A DNA stretch of 53,456 nucleotides from Sarea resinae (lineage: Eukaryota). Shown one piece after another: positions 1 through 12,956 of this stretch. Each line of letters starts with the position of its first letter. The stretch's first letter is position 1. A model generated the notes under the pieces. That model searched no databases. It saw only the letters and a program-made list of their open reading frames with translations, and was not told where the DNA came from. Position numbers and translations under genes: made by a program. Location of the stretch: NCBI GenBank assembly GCA_026026165.1, contig JAPEUD010000019.1:310001-363456 (forward strand), given 5' to 3'.

Positions 1-1
1 G

Positions 2-595
2 CAAGAGATGAGAGAGGGCGAAGGTGGCTATAGAGGTTGGGGCGCTACTACGGGAGTGAGGAAGCCATCGACAACGCTCTCGAGCGGCAATGGAGCTATT
101 GGTGTGGCCAGATCGGACAGCGGCAGTAATCCAGGTGGCTATGTAGCTGGGTCGCCAACTCGAGGACCAACTTCAGAAGCCCACTCTGGCGACCCTCTTA
201 TTCATGGCTCGGGCGCCCGACCACTGAGCACTGACTCTGAGACCGTTGGCGCCCTGGGAGCTGGCCCGGCTGCCATCGACAACAGACAACAACAGGACAT
301 CCACCGCGGAGCGTCCAATGCCTCTTCATCCTACTCAGCTGCGAACCGCTCCGATGGCTCGGGTGATGCCCCGCTACCAGGAAGCATGCCGCCCGGCGCG
401 CAGTACTATGGGGGCGAAGGAGGCTATGACGACGGCGTTGCTGGGGGTTATCACCAACCAGGACCGTACGGCGATGGCTCCTATGGAGGTGGACAACCCA
501 TCATCCGAGACGTGCAGGCGAGAAGGAATACGCGGATCGAGAATCCTGGCCTCCGGCCTCAACCAGGAAATGCGGGAATTTCGCAAAATTTCTGA
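2..595 (+). CDS. 3' end of a Gly/Pro/Ser-rich hypothetical protein (5' part outside the window)
   Basis: Frame is open from the window edge to TGA at 593-595. Low-complexity tail ending PIIRDVQARRNTRIENP...GNAGISQNF; followed by pyrimidine-rich 3'UTR-like sequence. Confidence 0.65.
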   Translation, partial: QEMREGEGGYRGWGATTGVRKPSTTLSSGNGAIGVARSDSGSNPGGYVAGSPTRGPTSEAHSGDPLIHGSGARPLSTDSETVGALGAGPAAIDNRQQQDIHRGASNASSSYSAANRSDGSGDAPLPGSMPPGAQYYGGEGGYDDGVAGGYHQPGPYGDGSYGGGQPIIRDVQARRNTRIENPGLRPQPGNAGISQNF

Positions 596-1613
596 TGAGA
601 CGTGCCTGCCGTTGCTTTTGCCGTGCTTCAAAATGCGGGGAGTTTTTGAATGGGTTTAACTGAATTGCTCGTCATGGTTGGCTGGGCTCGGGCTTGGCTG
701 GCCGCATGTATTCCAAGACGTGCGCTACACTCCTTTCTCATTGTTTGTAAGTCTCCTTATTGAGTCCGCTTGCCTATCTGGCCTCTTTTTCTTTTTTTTT
801 GTTTTCGTCTCTCTGCTTCTTGCTCACCATCCCCAATCAGCCCTGGGCGAATGGAGGCTTCTTTTGTGCATACGCTAGCTCTATAGCAGCCGAGAACCAC
901 AGAAAAACGAATTTCTTCTATCTGACTTGGGGGATCGTATCCCCATTTTACCGTTCTACATTGGTCTCCTCTTCCCCTGCTCTTCCTTCTTGGGGAGAGT
1001 ATGGGATGGGAAAGGGGGGCCTACTAATTCTTCTTTCCCCTCTTATTTTTCTTCTGTCATGTTTCCTTGTCGAGATCATGTTCCCTCGAATGTTGCTGTG
1101 GTTGGGGTAGAAGGGCGGGAGAGGGGTACGAGAGGAAAGGGAATCGAGTGCGAGAGCAATAGAGAAAGGTTATAGGGCGAGCAAGAAATAGGGGAGATGA
1201 TGATAATAAGAAGGAACGCGCGTGGGGAGGGATGGATGGATGATATGAGAGGGGCATTGTACAAAGGGCTTTGGTCTAGGTAGTTAGTGTGCTAGGTAGC
1301 TTTACGGGAGGCCTTGCTTCTTTCTAATCGATCAAAGCATGTCACGTATGTCCTCATCATTGTCACTGTTCGTGTCACTGCCAATTCAGATCGTAGTCGT
1401 GCTGTGCCGTCTTGTCTTACAGGATTTTTTTTCTTCTTTTCTTTTCTTTTCTTCTTATCATTCTCCGTCGTCGTTCATGTCTTGTTTCACTTCTCCTTCT
1501 TCGCCCTCCTCCGCCTCTCTTTCTTCGAAACTAGTCTATGAAATATAGGGATTGGCTCCAGCCCGCAAAGTCTAACCTCCTCAGGAAATGCCAACAGCGC
1601 AAATCCCATTTCT

Positions 1614-1655
1614 ATCGCCCATCGCCCATCGCCCATCGCCCATCGCCCATCGCCC
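1614..1655. repeat. (ATCGCCC)6 tandem repeat
   Basis: Six perfect 7-mers read directly. CTAT/CCAT tetranucleotide runs also occur at ~1805-1845. Confidence 0.9.
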
Positions 1656-1913
1656 GTCGCCATCGATATCGATATCGTCATCGTCATCAGTGCTATCATA
1701 ACAACACCAACAAACCAACGCTAACAAGCCCGACTCCATCGCCATGCAAGCGAGACAGACCAGAAACCGCCCCCCCAAAAAAACACCCACCCACCCAAAA
1801 ACGCTATCTATCTATCTATCCATCCATCCATCCATCCATCCATCGATGCATGCATGCTGGCGCGAAAGCAGAGAAAACCCGGAACGTCCATTCCGTCCAA
1901 ATCCATCCATCCG

Positions 1914-3411
1914 TCAACCCTTGACGAATATCTTGGCGCCGACGTGACAGTACCTGGCCACGGCGAAAAACGCCGCCCCGGCCACCGTCGTCGTGGCGCT
2001 AAACACCTGCATCCGGACCCAGCCGCTCTCCCGCAGGATCGCCCCGGCCGCGGGCGTTCCGATCAGCAGCCCCAGCGCCGCGAGCGAGAAGCACATTCCC
2101 ATGCGCGTGCCGACGATGCCCAGATGCGGCGTCAGCGAGATCAGCGTCGACGCCGACAGCGAGACGAGCGAGCCCGAGAAGAAACCGTAGAGGATCGAAA
2201 ATACCGCCAGCGACGGAAGCGACTTGACGGCGATCCAGCAGTAGGCGAGGATGCCCGCGATCAGCGAACATGGGATCATCATGTTCAGCGGGCCCATGGT
2301 GTCGGCTAGGAAATTCGGCACGATCCGTCCGAAGATGGAGGAAGCGTTCAGCACCGACAACATGTAGAAGGCTAGTTTGCCGCCGACGATGTGTTCTGAT
2401 TGTCCGTACGTCTGAATGTAGAAGATGGGGATGTAGATACCCATGTAGCCGAAGAAGAAGCCCGCTGTCGCAAAGTTGAACGCTGGCTCCTTGAACGCTG
2501 TCCAATCCACCAGCCGGCGTTTGGAGGTTGGCGGCAGTCGGACGCGCATTACCGCTAGAGAAACTGAGAGCGTGGCTAGAGCCATAAAACCGAGAACGCG
2601 GGTGGCCCAGGGGAAGCCGATGACGGGCTGTAAGCGGTAGAACACGATGGGATATATCACGCCGCCTGTATTGGTCGCAGAGTTAGCTTGTGACTCTCGG
2701 GGTCATATCTGGTGGGGATAAGGTAAATACCGAGACTGCTTCCGCTGGCGGCTATTCCTGTCGCGAAAGCCCTTTTGGTGGTGAAATATTGCGGCAGCAG
2801 GGCAATACAAGGAATAAACAGGCACCCCGCGCCGATACCAAGACAGAGAGCCTGAGATAGCATAATGTGCCAATATTCCGTCCCCAAACTCGTCATCATC
2901 AGGGAGAAGACGACCAAAAAGGAACCCACGATGGAGAGTTCGCGGAAGTAACCTGCATCGTAGATGGGGCCCGTGACGGCGCCGACCAGCTGAAGTAAAA
3001 AGGCTTGGATGGACCCGATCCAGGAGATGTTGGATTCCGTGCTAGTTTTCAGGAGGTCGCTTTCGTAAAATGCCTGGAAGACGCCGAAGGAGTTGACGAT
3101 GCCCCTGAAGGTGTCAGCCGCGCGATGTTTCGACCGGAGGCGGGTATGGCTGCTCACCATGTGTTGAAGAAGAAAAAGAATGCCCCCACGACCTGAAGCC
3201 ATGCTTGAAGGCCGCCATTCGGAATATCGTGAGTGGGTGGTTTCTCTTCAGTCACCTCTTCTGGTGCGGTCTGAATGTCGGACTTTGTGCTGGAGGAGGA
3301 TGAAATCCGTCTGGAATTTCTCTCACTCGAGTTTTGTCTCGCTTCACCAACGTCATCGCCATTCTGCGATCTGGATTTCTCCGACGCATCGATACTGCCG
3401 ACAACGCTCAT
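1914..3411 (-). CDS. MFS monocarboxylate transporter (MCH/MCT-like)
   Basis: Exons 3411-3158, 3104-2731, 2665-1914; GT-AG introns 3157-3105 and 2730-2666 keep the frame. Motifs PNGGLQAWLQV, NTWGIVNSFGVFQ, QYFTTKRAFATGIAASGSSLGG, GRIVPNFLAD, GTRMG; many TM segments. Confidence 0.93.
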
Positions 3412-6400
3412 GGTGGGGATCCCAATCGCACGTCTCCAAGAGACATCAGACAGACACTTGAAGTCAGAACACGTTGAACGTTCCGATGGAGGGAAGTCAT
3501 CGTGTTATCAAGACATGGGACGGCGAACTTGCTCGCGGAAGCCAATTCGGCAGATGCCAACTGCAAGCGCTCCGAGTGCAGGGTTGACGGCGAGCAGGCC
3601 GGAGGGGCGCCCAGGGTCCCACCGGCATCCGCAATCCATCGCCCGAGCGTGGTCGTTGGACTGGCTTGCCGCTGGCGGGACTCCCGCGCGCTAGTTGAAG
3701 GATCCGATCAAGGGCCCGCATCGGGAGAAGGTCGCGGGATTGATACATAGTAGGGGTGACTGAGTCATGCATGGGTCAGCGAGAAAGAAGAAAGAAGAAA
3801 GAAGAGCGAAGGGCCCAAGGTCGATGAGGTGACTGCGTCTGGGATCGTGGCGGATTTGGAGCCTCTGGGGCCGTCTGTCCTAAGCGTACGCTCTAACGAA
3901 AAGCAGGAAAGTGACACGTCGAGGCTAAGATGGAACGAGGGATCGAGGCCGGAGATCATGGAGGATCATTCACACGAGGGCCCGTCGAGCATCGACGAGG
4001 CACAGAAGTGAAGATATCCGGACATGGTGAAGGGCGGATCGGAGCCCGATGAAAAGAGATGATGAGACCCCCATGACCAGCGACGACCACCTCAGCGATG
4101 GGCCAGAGACGATCAGAGATGATTCGAGGAAGATTTGGCGATGAGGGTCTTTAGCCGCAGCGGCAGGAGTGAGGTGAGGTGAGATGTGCCCTGGTTCTTG
4201 TACTTCGGTCTTCGTATCTCGGACTCGTAGCCCTAAGGGGTCGGCTGGAGGCTTCGGCAATTGATTCTCATCGTTTGCCATCCAAAAGATGCAAATTGGG
4301 AGTGGAAGTGGAAGGGGAGGGGACGGGGAAGTGAGAGAAAGATACTTCCAGACCACGCGAGGACTCTACGGCCGTACAGGTATCTCTGCTTCATCTCACG
4401 ATACTCGCGAGTAGAGCAAGGTACGAAGTACTCCGTACAGTAGGTAGAGTAGACCTCCACTCGTATATCGGATGGATGAGTTGGGTTGACCCACCACCGC
4501 AACAACAATGAATGAATGATCCAAGGCTGCGTAGTCGTAGATGCATCTCTCCCTCATTCCATTCGAATCTCCCCCCATGCTCTCGGCTTGTAAGATATCT
4601 ACCTAGGGACTTCATAATCACGATGATGTGACGCCGAGGAAAAGGAATTGAATCCTTGGATTCGTGCCCGTCGATGGCTGCTCGAGGCAGCTTTGACGGC
4701 CGCCACCCCTCCGTCTGTGCGTTGGTCCAGTGGGAATCCTCCCCGGCAAGCTCGACCTCTCGAAAGCAATTAAGCTTCATCGTCTTCCATCAACCCGGTT
4801 GCGAGCAATCGAGGACAACTTCGACCTGGACCATCATGCGCCTGATGTCTCAGAACCTCGCCGGTCTAGGCACGACTCGCAGCATGCTCATTTCCTATAT
4901 ACCAAGTCACGGGGTGCGTCTGGCGGGGTGCAGTCTGGGATCGAGAGCCAAGACTTCTCGGGATCCTCTCTTTCCATAGTAGACGGGCTTCATCATTTGA
5001 GCGGTGATGCCGTCCAGCTGGAACGCTGGCAGCCGCCACAATCGTGGTGCATCGACAACGTCGTCGTCGTCGCCACATTGAGACACATCCCGTCACATTT
5101 CCAGTTCGCCGGGCCAGCGCAGCGAGAGTGTGGACGGGGGGAGTTAGCGGCCTATGGATCAAAGGGAAGCAACGGTCAGAAACAGTCGTGGCTGACGGCA
5201 AGGACTTGTCGTGTCAGTATTGCGTGCATGAAGATGAACCTTATTACTAGACTCATCTATCGATCGCATTCCTTCGATGAACCAGAGGCTAATCCACAGC
5301 GACATGTGGTGACACGGAGACGACCTTAAGAGTGCCAACGAACCTTACAGCGCCCGAGCGTTCGCCTTATGCGCCGTCCTGGGCCACCTGAGATGCGTGG
5401 TTGGCCCGCACCGAACCTTGATATTCTGATCAATCTGCATGCATAGAAGACTGCATCTTTTTCTACAAATATTCCGGAGAAAACGAGTCGTCCGTCTGCC
5501 AGGGGTCAAGTGAGACTCCCACCAGTCCGTTGGTCTTGCTGGCCAGATTTTGAGCAGGCTTCTTGCTTAGGGAGCGCTCGCGAATCTGATCTGCCGTTTT
5601 GACTCCGGTCAGGCGCTGAATGCGATACAGCTCATGCTCATTTGAATATATCAAGCCTTCCCAACTATATCTGACAGCAATTGGGAAAAGGGTTGCCACT
5701 AAAAGCTCGAGAGACGGTCTTTATCTCCTGATTGCACCGTCTAATGCACATATGTTATCGCACCTCTCAGCATAGTGCCATTGACTATCTACAGGACTTC
5801 TGAATAGCGGTTTCGAGGGCTCCGACTGCATAATCTGAGTTGCATTGAGCTTCAAGTGTGCCTTGAAGACCACGTCTATTTGTGCAATATAAGAGAGCTC
5901 ACGGGAGAAGCAGAGGAATCGTTTGCGTCTATATCACCGTCGTTGCAGCGTTCTGTCCCGGACTTCATTTCTCACTCTCGCCGTTTCATCCACATAGAAC
6001 TTCATCCCTTCTATGTATTGCTCAGAGGATTCTACAAATGTCTCGGCACACTTTGGAAGGCCTTCACTGTATCCACCAGGCCATGTCGCCGAAATTTCCA
6101 AGACAGCTGTACTATCTGCCACGGACTTTCTGGTGATCATCTGCAGTCGCATCAACCCTGGTTCTGCCATCCCCGCTCTGTGTCCACAAACCGGCATGGT
6201 CGCTGCTCTCTCGGCTCGGTCCCTCAAGCTGATCAATTCATTGTTCTCGACATGGTCCTTGCACTCGGTCACCTCGATCGAGCCTGGCTGTTCCGCTCTG
6301 GTATCGCCCGTCTTCGCTAGGCCTGTCGAAGCGCCTTCATTCCAACTCCCTCTAAACATGTTTCTTGTTGCTCTCCTGTAGGACTGCCACCCGGAGTCAA

Positions 6401-9400
6401 GTTCTTCAGGCACTTTTGAATGTATTCCTTGGCTGATAGAACAATTAAAGATGCGGCGTAAAGTGGCTTAAGATGCTCGTCAGTCATCCGACAGCCCACG
6501 CTGCAGCAGCGCCGACATAAGCAGTGGAAGCATCATTCGGAGAATTGACCTCTCCATGGCGAGTCGGACACGACCCGTTCTTGAGATTACTGCATCTCTC
6601 ACCGGACTCGGCTGCGGGCATTTCAACTGCACAAAGTGCAGCTTCAAAGAACCGCAAAGGCGGCAATGTAGTAACCACCTTCAGCTGTCTGCATGATCAG
6701 TAATATAACGATCTACGCTCTATTTACCTGATCGATACTACTAGAGTGTGCCATTCGTCGCAACTGCAACAGATCGAGCACGAAGGGATGAAATTGGTTT
6801 GGTGATCATATTATCTGAGATTTAGAGTGCCGTTTGAGCTGCCGCGATCCGCAAAAGACAAGCGTTGGCCCGCTGATAGATCGAACGGCTGCTAGCAGCC
6901 TAATAGACTATCTTGTGACCTTTGGGCCAATGGCATGGCATCGTGACCGCCACCAAAGCTGATATGCTCAACTATCCGTCTTCCGATGCAAGCATTTTTC
7001 TCTTTGTGGCCATGAATGGATGAGCAGTCTCGAAGAACATAGAACTCGTCATATTTGGCCACTCCCGCTCCCAATTTGACGGAAAGCTCGTGCTAGCTTC
7101 GAAAATGTGCGCAAAGCAGGACTCCGGCCAGGAAACAGGCAGGGCAAATAGCAGATGATGATCTTGGTCGATGATTTGGAAAGTTGCACGGTCGGAGATG
7201 CCCGTGATCCGCTAGGTTACGTGCTTCCTGCTCTATGGGTCTCGAGACTTTGTCGAGACTACAAATTGATGGAGAATACATACGGGAAATGTTGAATACA
7301 TGCCGGACTCTAGAACGCCGTTCTATCTGGCGGCTTTCGAGGCCCCGTCCCCAATTTCAAGATAGAAGAAACTCAAAAAGGATAAAACTATCGAAAATTG
7401 CAAGTTACGTTTGACATATCAAGTGACCGAGGATGCCTCCATATCGTAATACGACGACGGGATTTTGATTCTGCCTTCAAGTAGACGTGAACAAACAGAC
7501 CGCGGGCAGCTGCAAATTCCGAAATTCGATGCCTCATAATTCGAGCACCCCCACACAATATTCATCCAAATCCATGTCAGTCAATACCCAGGTCGGCACC
7601 ACGCACATGATACCTTGTCCATACATCATCGGCCGGATGAAGCATGTCTAATCAATTCAGCCCCAGATGTTGTGCGTCTCCAAGAATCCATGATAGAACA
7701 CCACAACGGCGCCGTGGCTTCGGGAAGATGCAGGCAGAGAAGCATTGACAGCCTCCCCAGAAAACATGACTGCCTTTGCGCATTTTCAGATATCACAAAG
7801 CAGGTCTCGCCTCCAGCTTTCATCTCCAGCTTTCACTTTCTGCGGAGAGTCTTCCGCCAATGAGCGTCACCTATCAGATTGCCACAGTGGCCCCGAAGTA
7901 TCATTTGGGGATGCCGATGCCAGGACTCTTTCACCTACATAGAGGTCCAGAAACCGCTTTCGTGCCACCTTGGTGAAGCTTATGTTCAAAGCACAGAAGT
8001 AGATCATACGGACGGGAGAAGCGTTGGAAAAGGCCACAGGAGAGTAGAAGAGAATCAAGAGGCGGGGTTCAAGGTTACTGAGTCACACAATGGGGTTGGA
8101 GCTTTCGATACACATTGGAGGGTTGACACCAGCCCCGAGGACGCGCCAATGCAGTTGCTTTCGGCGTACTATCTCCATGGTTGACGCCGTCAAGTGATAC
8201 TGCACCGTGCGCCAGCTTACTCCCACGATAAGGACACGGGTAGACCGGCTACAACTTTTCTCTTGCAGATCAATAGATCTGTTTCATCCTCTGCCGGACC
8301 TCTGCAGCGGGTTCGTTCGATTCTGATGTGGTATACCGCTCGGATGACCCCAGAGCAGCCAAGTGAATGCCAGAATGAGCCATGCCGTTCGGAGATTGGG
8401 AGATCGTGCTTTCATGGCCGCTAGCAGGGAATGCGCTATCGCGTGCGAGGGGGAAACACTGCAATGCTTCTCGCAACACCATTTTATCAGACTATCACGG
8501 CACGAAGCCACGATATTTACTAGCAGATATTACTACCTACCTACACTACAACAACCATAGCAACGGGTAGACCTATGTAGCAATAGGTACGGCAACCACC
8601 TAAGGTTTACACCTGCCATAGTGACGCCCTCTTCTTCCCGATCTCTCAAATGATTGTCCAGATCAGATTGTTTAATACCGGATGGCTCGGAGAATTTCCT
8701 ACCAGCCGTTGCTTGAACTTCACTGACGATGCTACTAATCCAAATCAGGTCTGTGCTGCTCCAACGATCTGGCGTTGGTATGACTAACTCACTCTCTTGC
8801 AAAACTCTAGGTTTAGTTTCCAGAATATGCTCACATGCACACCTGCGAAAAAGTAATAAGCAATTGGCGTTTTGGCATGGGACGATTTGCCCTGTGAATT
8901 GTCCCGAGTCCCCGAAATCCTAAGATCCTTTGATCGGTACGAGAACCTGCCATCTTGGGAAAGATCCGATAAGGATAAGAGAGTCTGTCGAGGACTCGAC
9001 TCGGGGAACGGCTTAGAGTACACGGTCATCGGCCACTGTCTGCGTGGACCCTGTCCATGGTGTCTTCCCGGCGAATGAGCGGTATCACATCGGCACACCG
9101 TCACATCATGATCAGGGGGGGAGGGGATATGACACGGAAGCAAGCGTATTTTGTACATCACCCACACACATACCCCTTCAATGATAATACCAACAAGTTG
9201 CGGCTACGCGTCCAGAAAAATTACAGGAAAGGAAACTTCCATGGGATTGGAACGATGTATGCGCAACCGCTGGTTCTCCTTGCTTGCTGCATCTCGCGTT
9301 CCCTCGTTGTCTTGTACAGCGAGGCGCGTGCACGTCGAAGCGAGCCTGGAATGCGGGGGTTTGACAAGTCGCATTGCATTAAGAGACTGTCATCCAAGTC

Positions 9401-9885
9401 AACCAGAATAATATAATAATTGTATCCAGTTTATGTACGACACCGTCAGCGGATGGACGCCAACTTTTGAAAAGACCGTTGAATCAAAGTTCCGAGCCCC
9501 CCGCGCCCACAACACCCACACACATGTCTGTCCCGGCAGCCTCTCCCTCCACACATCGCTGCCACCTGCGGCCGGTAGTAGTGTCACAACACGCCCAGGC
9601 CAATCTATTGGTCTTTACTCGGGCGCCAGCACGGCAAGACATGGCTGTGATGTGCCAGATGTGCTACTCCTGCACAGCAGTGGCTTGTGAGATGCGCCTA
9701 GCTGCGACCACGATGGCTGCCGCTTTGTTATAGTGAGGTTGACCAAAAGGATCTTACGGGAAAGAGGTAACAGAGACGAAGAAGGGGGGGTGTGCTTGCC
9801 GTTGGACAACAACATATAATTCAGAGCCTTCCAACGTTATGAAAACCACGCAAGGCCTAACAACTCACCCGAACAGATCATACGA

Positions 9886-10479
9886 ATGGATCTTAGCTCA
9901 ATGCCGTTCCAAAGACCCTCTACTTCCCAGTCTCCCTCATCTGCAACACCAACCACGACCCGCCCAGAGCTGGTAGCGTGGGCACAGTCATGCAACGGCG
10001 GTCCCAAGATCTCCCTTCGCATTCGTGATCCCCGCAACGGCATCGCCGCTCACGCCGTGTCAGCGAATTATGACTCGGAGCATCGTCTACTTGAAATTCG
10101 CCACGAGGGGCCCGTCTTCTGGTGCATGCGGCTCCAACCATGGGCGAGCGTCTCGCGCACGGTGAGGGTCGTGCCAGCGGACGATGCCAAGGAGATCATC
10201 ATCAATGTCTTCAAGGCTCCCGGGGACGATTCCAGATGGCCGCAGCTTGTCGCCGAGGACAGCGGACTGTTCACTGGAACCCGAGTCGATACCATCGCGA
10301 TCCAGCCGAGAAGGTCGACGGTTTGGAGGGATAATAAGGAGTCGCAGTTTGGCGTGATAGATGCCAAGAGAGATTATGTGTCCGGGTAGGTGCGTGTTTT
10401 GTCTTGTTTGTCTTTGTTTTCTGTTTTCTGACTGATGATTTTCAGATCGCTGCGGCTGTCATCTGCTGCCGTTAAATAG
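9886..10479 (+). CDS. Small CS-domain (p23/NudC/SGT1-like, HSP20-like fold) protein
   Basis: ORF 9886-10389 has the CS boundary signatures WAQS... and IIINVFKAP...WPQL. Likely 3' intron (GTAGGT 10386 to TTTCAG 10445) adds a short last exon. CTAAC...CAG ending at 9876 suggests an upstream exon. Ends are uncertain. Confidence 0.55.
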
Positions 10480-11853
10480 ATTGCCTCCCGCCGCGGTGGC
10501 GGCCGCCTAGCGACTCCCTCCTTTCTTCACTACATTGCCCGTGGAGAAAACATCATCCAAGGGGAAAACAGAAAAGCCATCACCGGCGATCTCATTTGTC
10601 CTCTCTCGATCATCTTGTCATCTTGTCCTCTTCTCAATCTTTCATTTTCGGAAATCCATTGTACTCGTTCGTGTCCCCCTCTTCAACGGCCGTCCAATCA
10701 TACGATCACGATAATAACGAATTTCCTTACCGATCAGCATGTCGTTTCCTAAGAGACCTTTTCCCTTCCATTCAATGTCTAGCAGAGTTTGATTCACCCA
10801 AACGGAGGCGTACGCATGTTTTTTTTTCTTTGATTTCCGAAAGGAATCTAGAGCTCGATGGTGAATGGATAAATGCGCGAAAGCGCTGTACTAGATTCGA
10901 TTCGACTGGGGCTGGCAGCACGGTGAGGCAGCCTGACGGGGAAGACGGGGCCAGGGTTTTGCAAAAGGAAAGGAAGAGAAGGAAAGACGAGTACTGGTGA
11001 AGGAAAGGAAATAATGGCAAAAGCAAACCAAAATAGAAAGAAAGACAAGGCCAGGCAAGGAAAAAAAAAAGAAACAAACAACCAAAGAAGCAAATAAGCA
11101 GATAATAAAATCGTCCGACTCAACCCGTTCGTCCGTTCTACCACTAACTTACTTCACTACTCTACTGTCGCTGTCTGTCATGTTCTATGCTCGAGTTTGA
11201 GTTTGAGCTCGGGTTCATGTTCGAGCTTGAGTTCATTCAAGATCAAGCTCCATCAAATCCCCGTGCGCTATCCCACCCCACCCTTCTTTGCTACAAAATA
11301 AAACAGCTCTAGATAACCACACTCCCTCTACAAGGTTCACCTACGCTTCTTTTATCCCCCCCACCCCACCTTTCTATCCTTCCAACCTACTCATCTCCCC
11401 CACCCCCACCTCACTCACAGCGGCCCGCAGAGTCTAAGTCTACCTCTCTACCCCTCTCTCTCTCGCTCTACCTGGTATCGCATCCTCCCTGCTCGCTACA
11501 GCCTCCTCTCTCCAGCCATCTCTGTTCGCATCTTCTGATCTAGATGTACTTATCATTTAGACGCACTTGTCTGTCTGTATACACGTACATATCTACTGAT
11601 CCTTTAATCTTGTAGGGTGCTGGCAGGTATAGTGGCGGCTAGGCTAGTATTATATTATGCCTGTGCCGTGCCGTGCCATGCAGAGCTGTGATCTCTGTCT
11701 GCGCTTGCTGCTCTTAGTTGGCTCTTTACTGTCTGCTCTATACTCTTCTCTCTTTCCCCCAGCAACCTCTCTTTCCCCTCTCTGTCACCACAAACACTGA
11801 CAAAATCAGTATAGACAGAGTACTAGTATAGCTAGTAGTCAGCAGCGAGTAGA

Positions 11854-11855
<2 letters not shown>

Positions 11856-11897
<42 letters not shown>
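11856..11897. repeat. (AG)21 microsatellite
   Basis: Read directly. Confidence 0.95.
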
Positions 11898-11900
<3 letters not shown>

Positions 11901-12783
11901 CTACTAGTCTTTTACTGTCCAAGGTAGTAGTAACGTCGTGCTGCGTCATGTTATACGCGTCATGTTATACTATGCCGTGTTGTTGTTATTTTGCATTGAG
12001 CCAAAGCAGAGTGATTGAGAGGAGCCTGAAGAAAGAGGAAGGAGGTTTGGAAAAAGGCAAGGCAGGGCAGGGTAGGGTAGGGCAGGTAAGATTGAGGTAG
12101 AGGCCGGAGCAGGTGGCTATCGATCCGTATCAGATGAGCCGGGTAGGTTTAGCTCTTTGTTCGCTCGCTCGTTGGTGAGTCGCTACAGCACGGGATTCCC
12201 GCTTCCGCCACGGTCGACTTTGTATCGGATGAAGCAACTTTAGTGACACGTCTACAATCGATACAGCAATCAGAACATCAATCAATACATCACAATACAT
12301 TGCCCGGATTGGCTTTGCATCACCATCACCATGCCTGCTTGCTGGCTTGCGCGCATCGTAGTGAAAGAAACCCATGGCGTGCTATTCTGTGCTATGCTAG
12401 TATACAAGGCCCGCCACCAGACCGCGGGTCCTGACATCGAGTCATGTGCGAAACCAGCTCGTCGTTGTCGTTGTCATTGTCGTCATCATTGTCGTGGTTA
12501 TCGTCGTGCGTTGAAGGAGGAGATCGGTGACGACGTACTGATGGGAGTTCGTTCTCTCTCTGAAAGACGTGCCGGCGGAATCGATCGAATGGATCAAAGC
12601 CGTATTGTGCTCTATTTCTTTCCCTTTTTTTGAATCACGCATAAAGCAACTCCACCCCTCAGAACCTCCAACCCGACCCCATCCTGTACTTTTCAGCAAG
12701 CAATAAACCGAACCCGGAACAAACCAACCACCCCGGCCGTCCATCCCACACTAGCTATCTCGTACAAAGTTCAAACGGCAAAT

Positions 12784-12956
12784 CTACTCCCGTCCCTTCG
12801 ACTGTGGAAGATGAGCCGAAAGAATAGCCGAATGAGAGGGTGAGGCAGAGAAGGACATACCACGCATTGGGAGCAGGGCTGCCGGTTCACCCATGTCCAG
12901 TTCGGGCAATTATATGAGAAGAAGTTCTTGCAGCGGTAGCGGTAGAAACCTGCCAT
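12784..12956 (-). CDS. 37-aa Cys-rich microprotein (C-x7-C-x10-C-x2-C)
   Basis: CAAAATG Kozak-like start at 12956; exon 12956-12861; GTATGT...CACAG intron 12860-12802; exon 12801-12784. Product MAGFYRYRCKNFFSYNCPNWTWVNRQPCSQCVSKGRE*. Confidence 0.7.

Noticed and set aside
660..1900. Hydrophobic Phe/Leu-rich short ORFs
   Set aside because: Low-complexity UTR/intergenic sequence between convergent genes.
1854..2309. Plus-strand Arg-rich ORF and other ORFs overlapping the MFS gene
   Set aside because: Antisense or alternative-frame shadows of a GC3-rich coding sequence.
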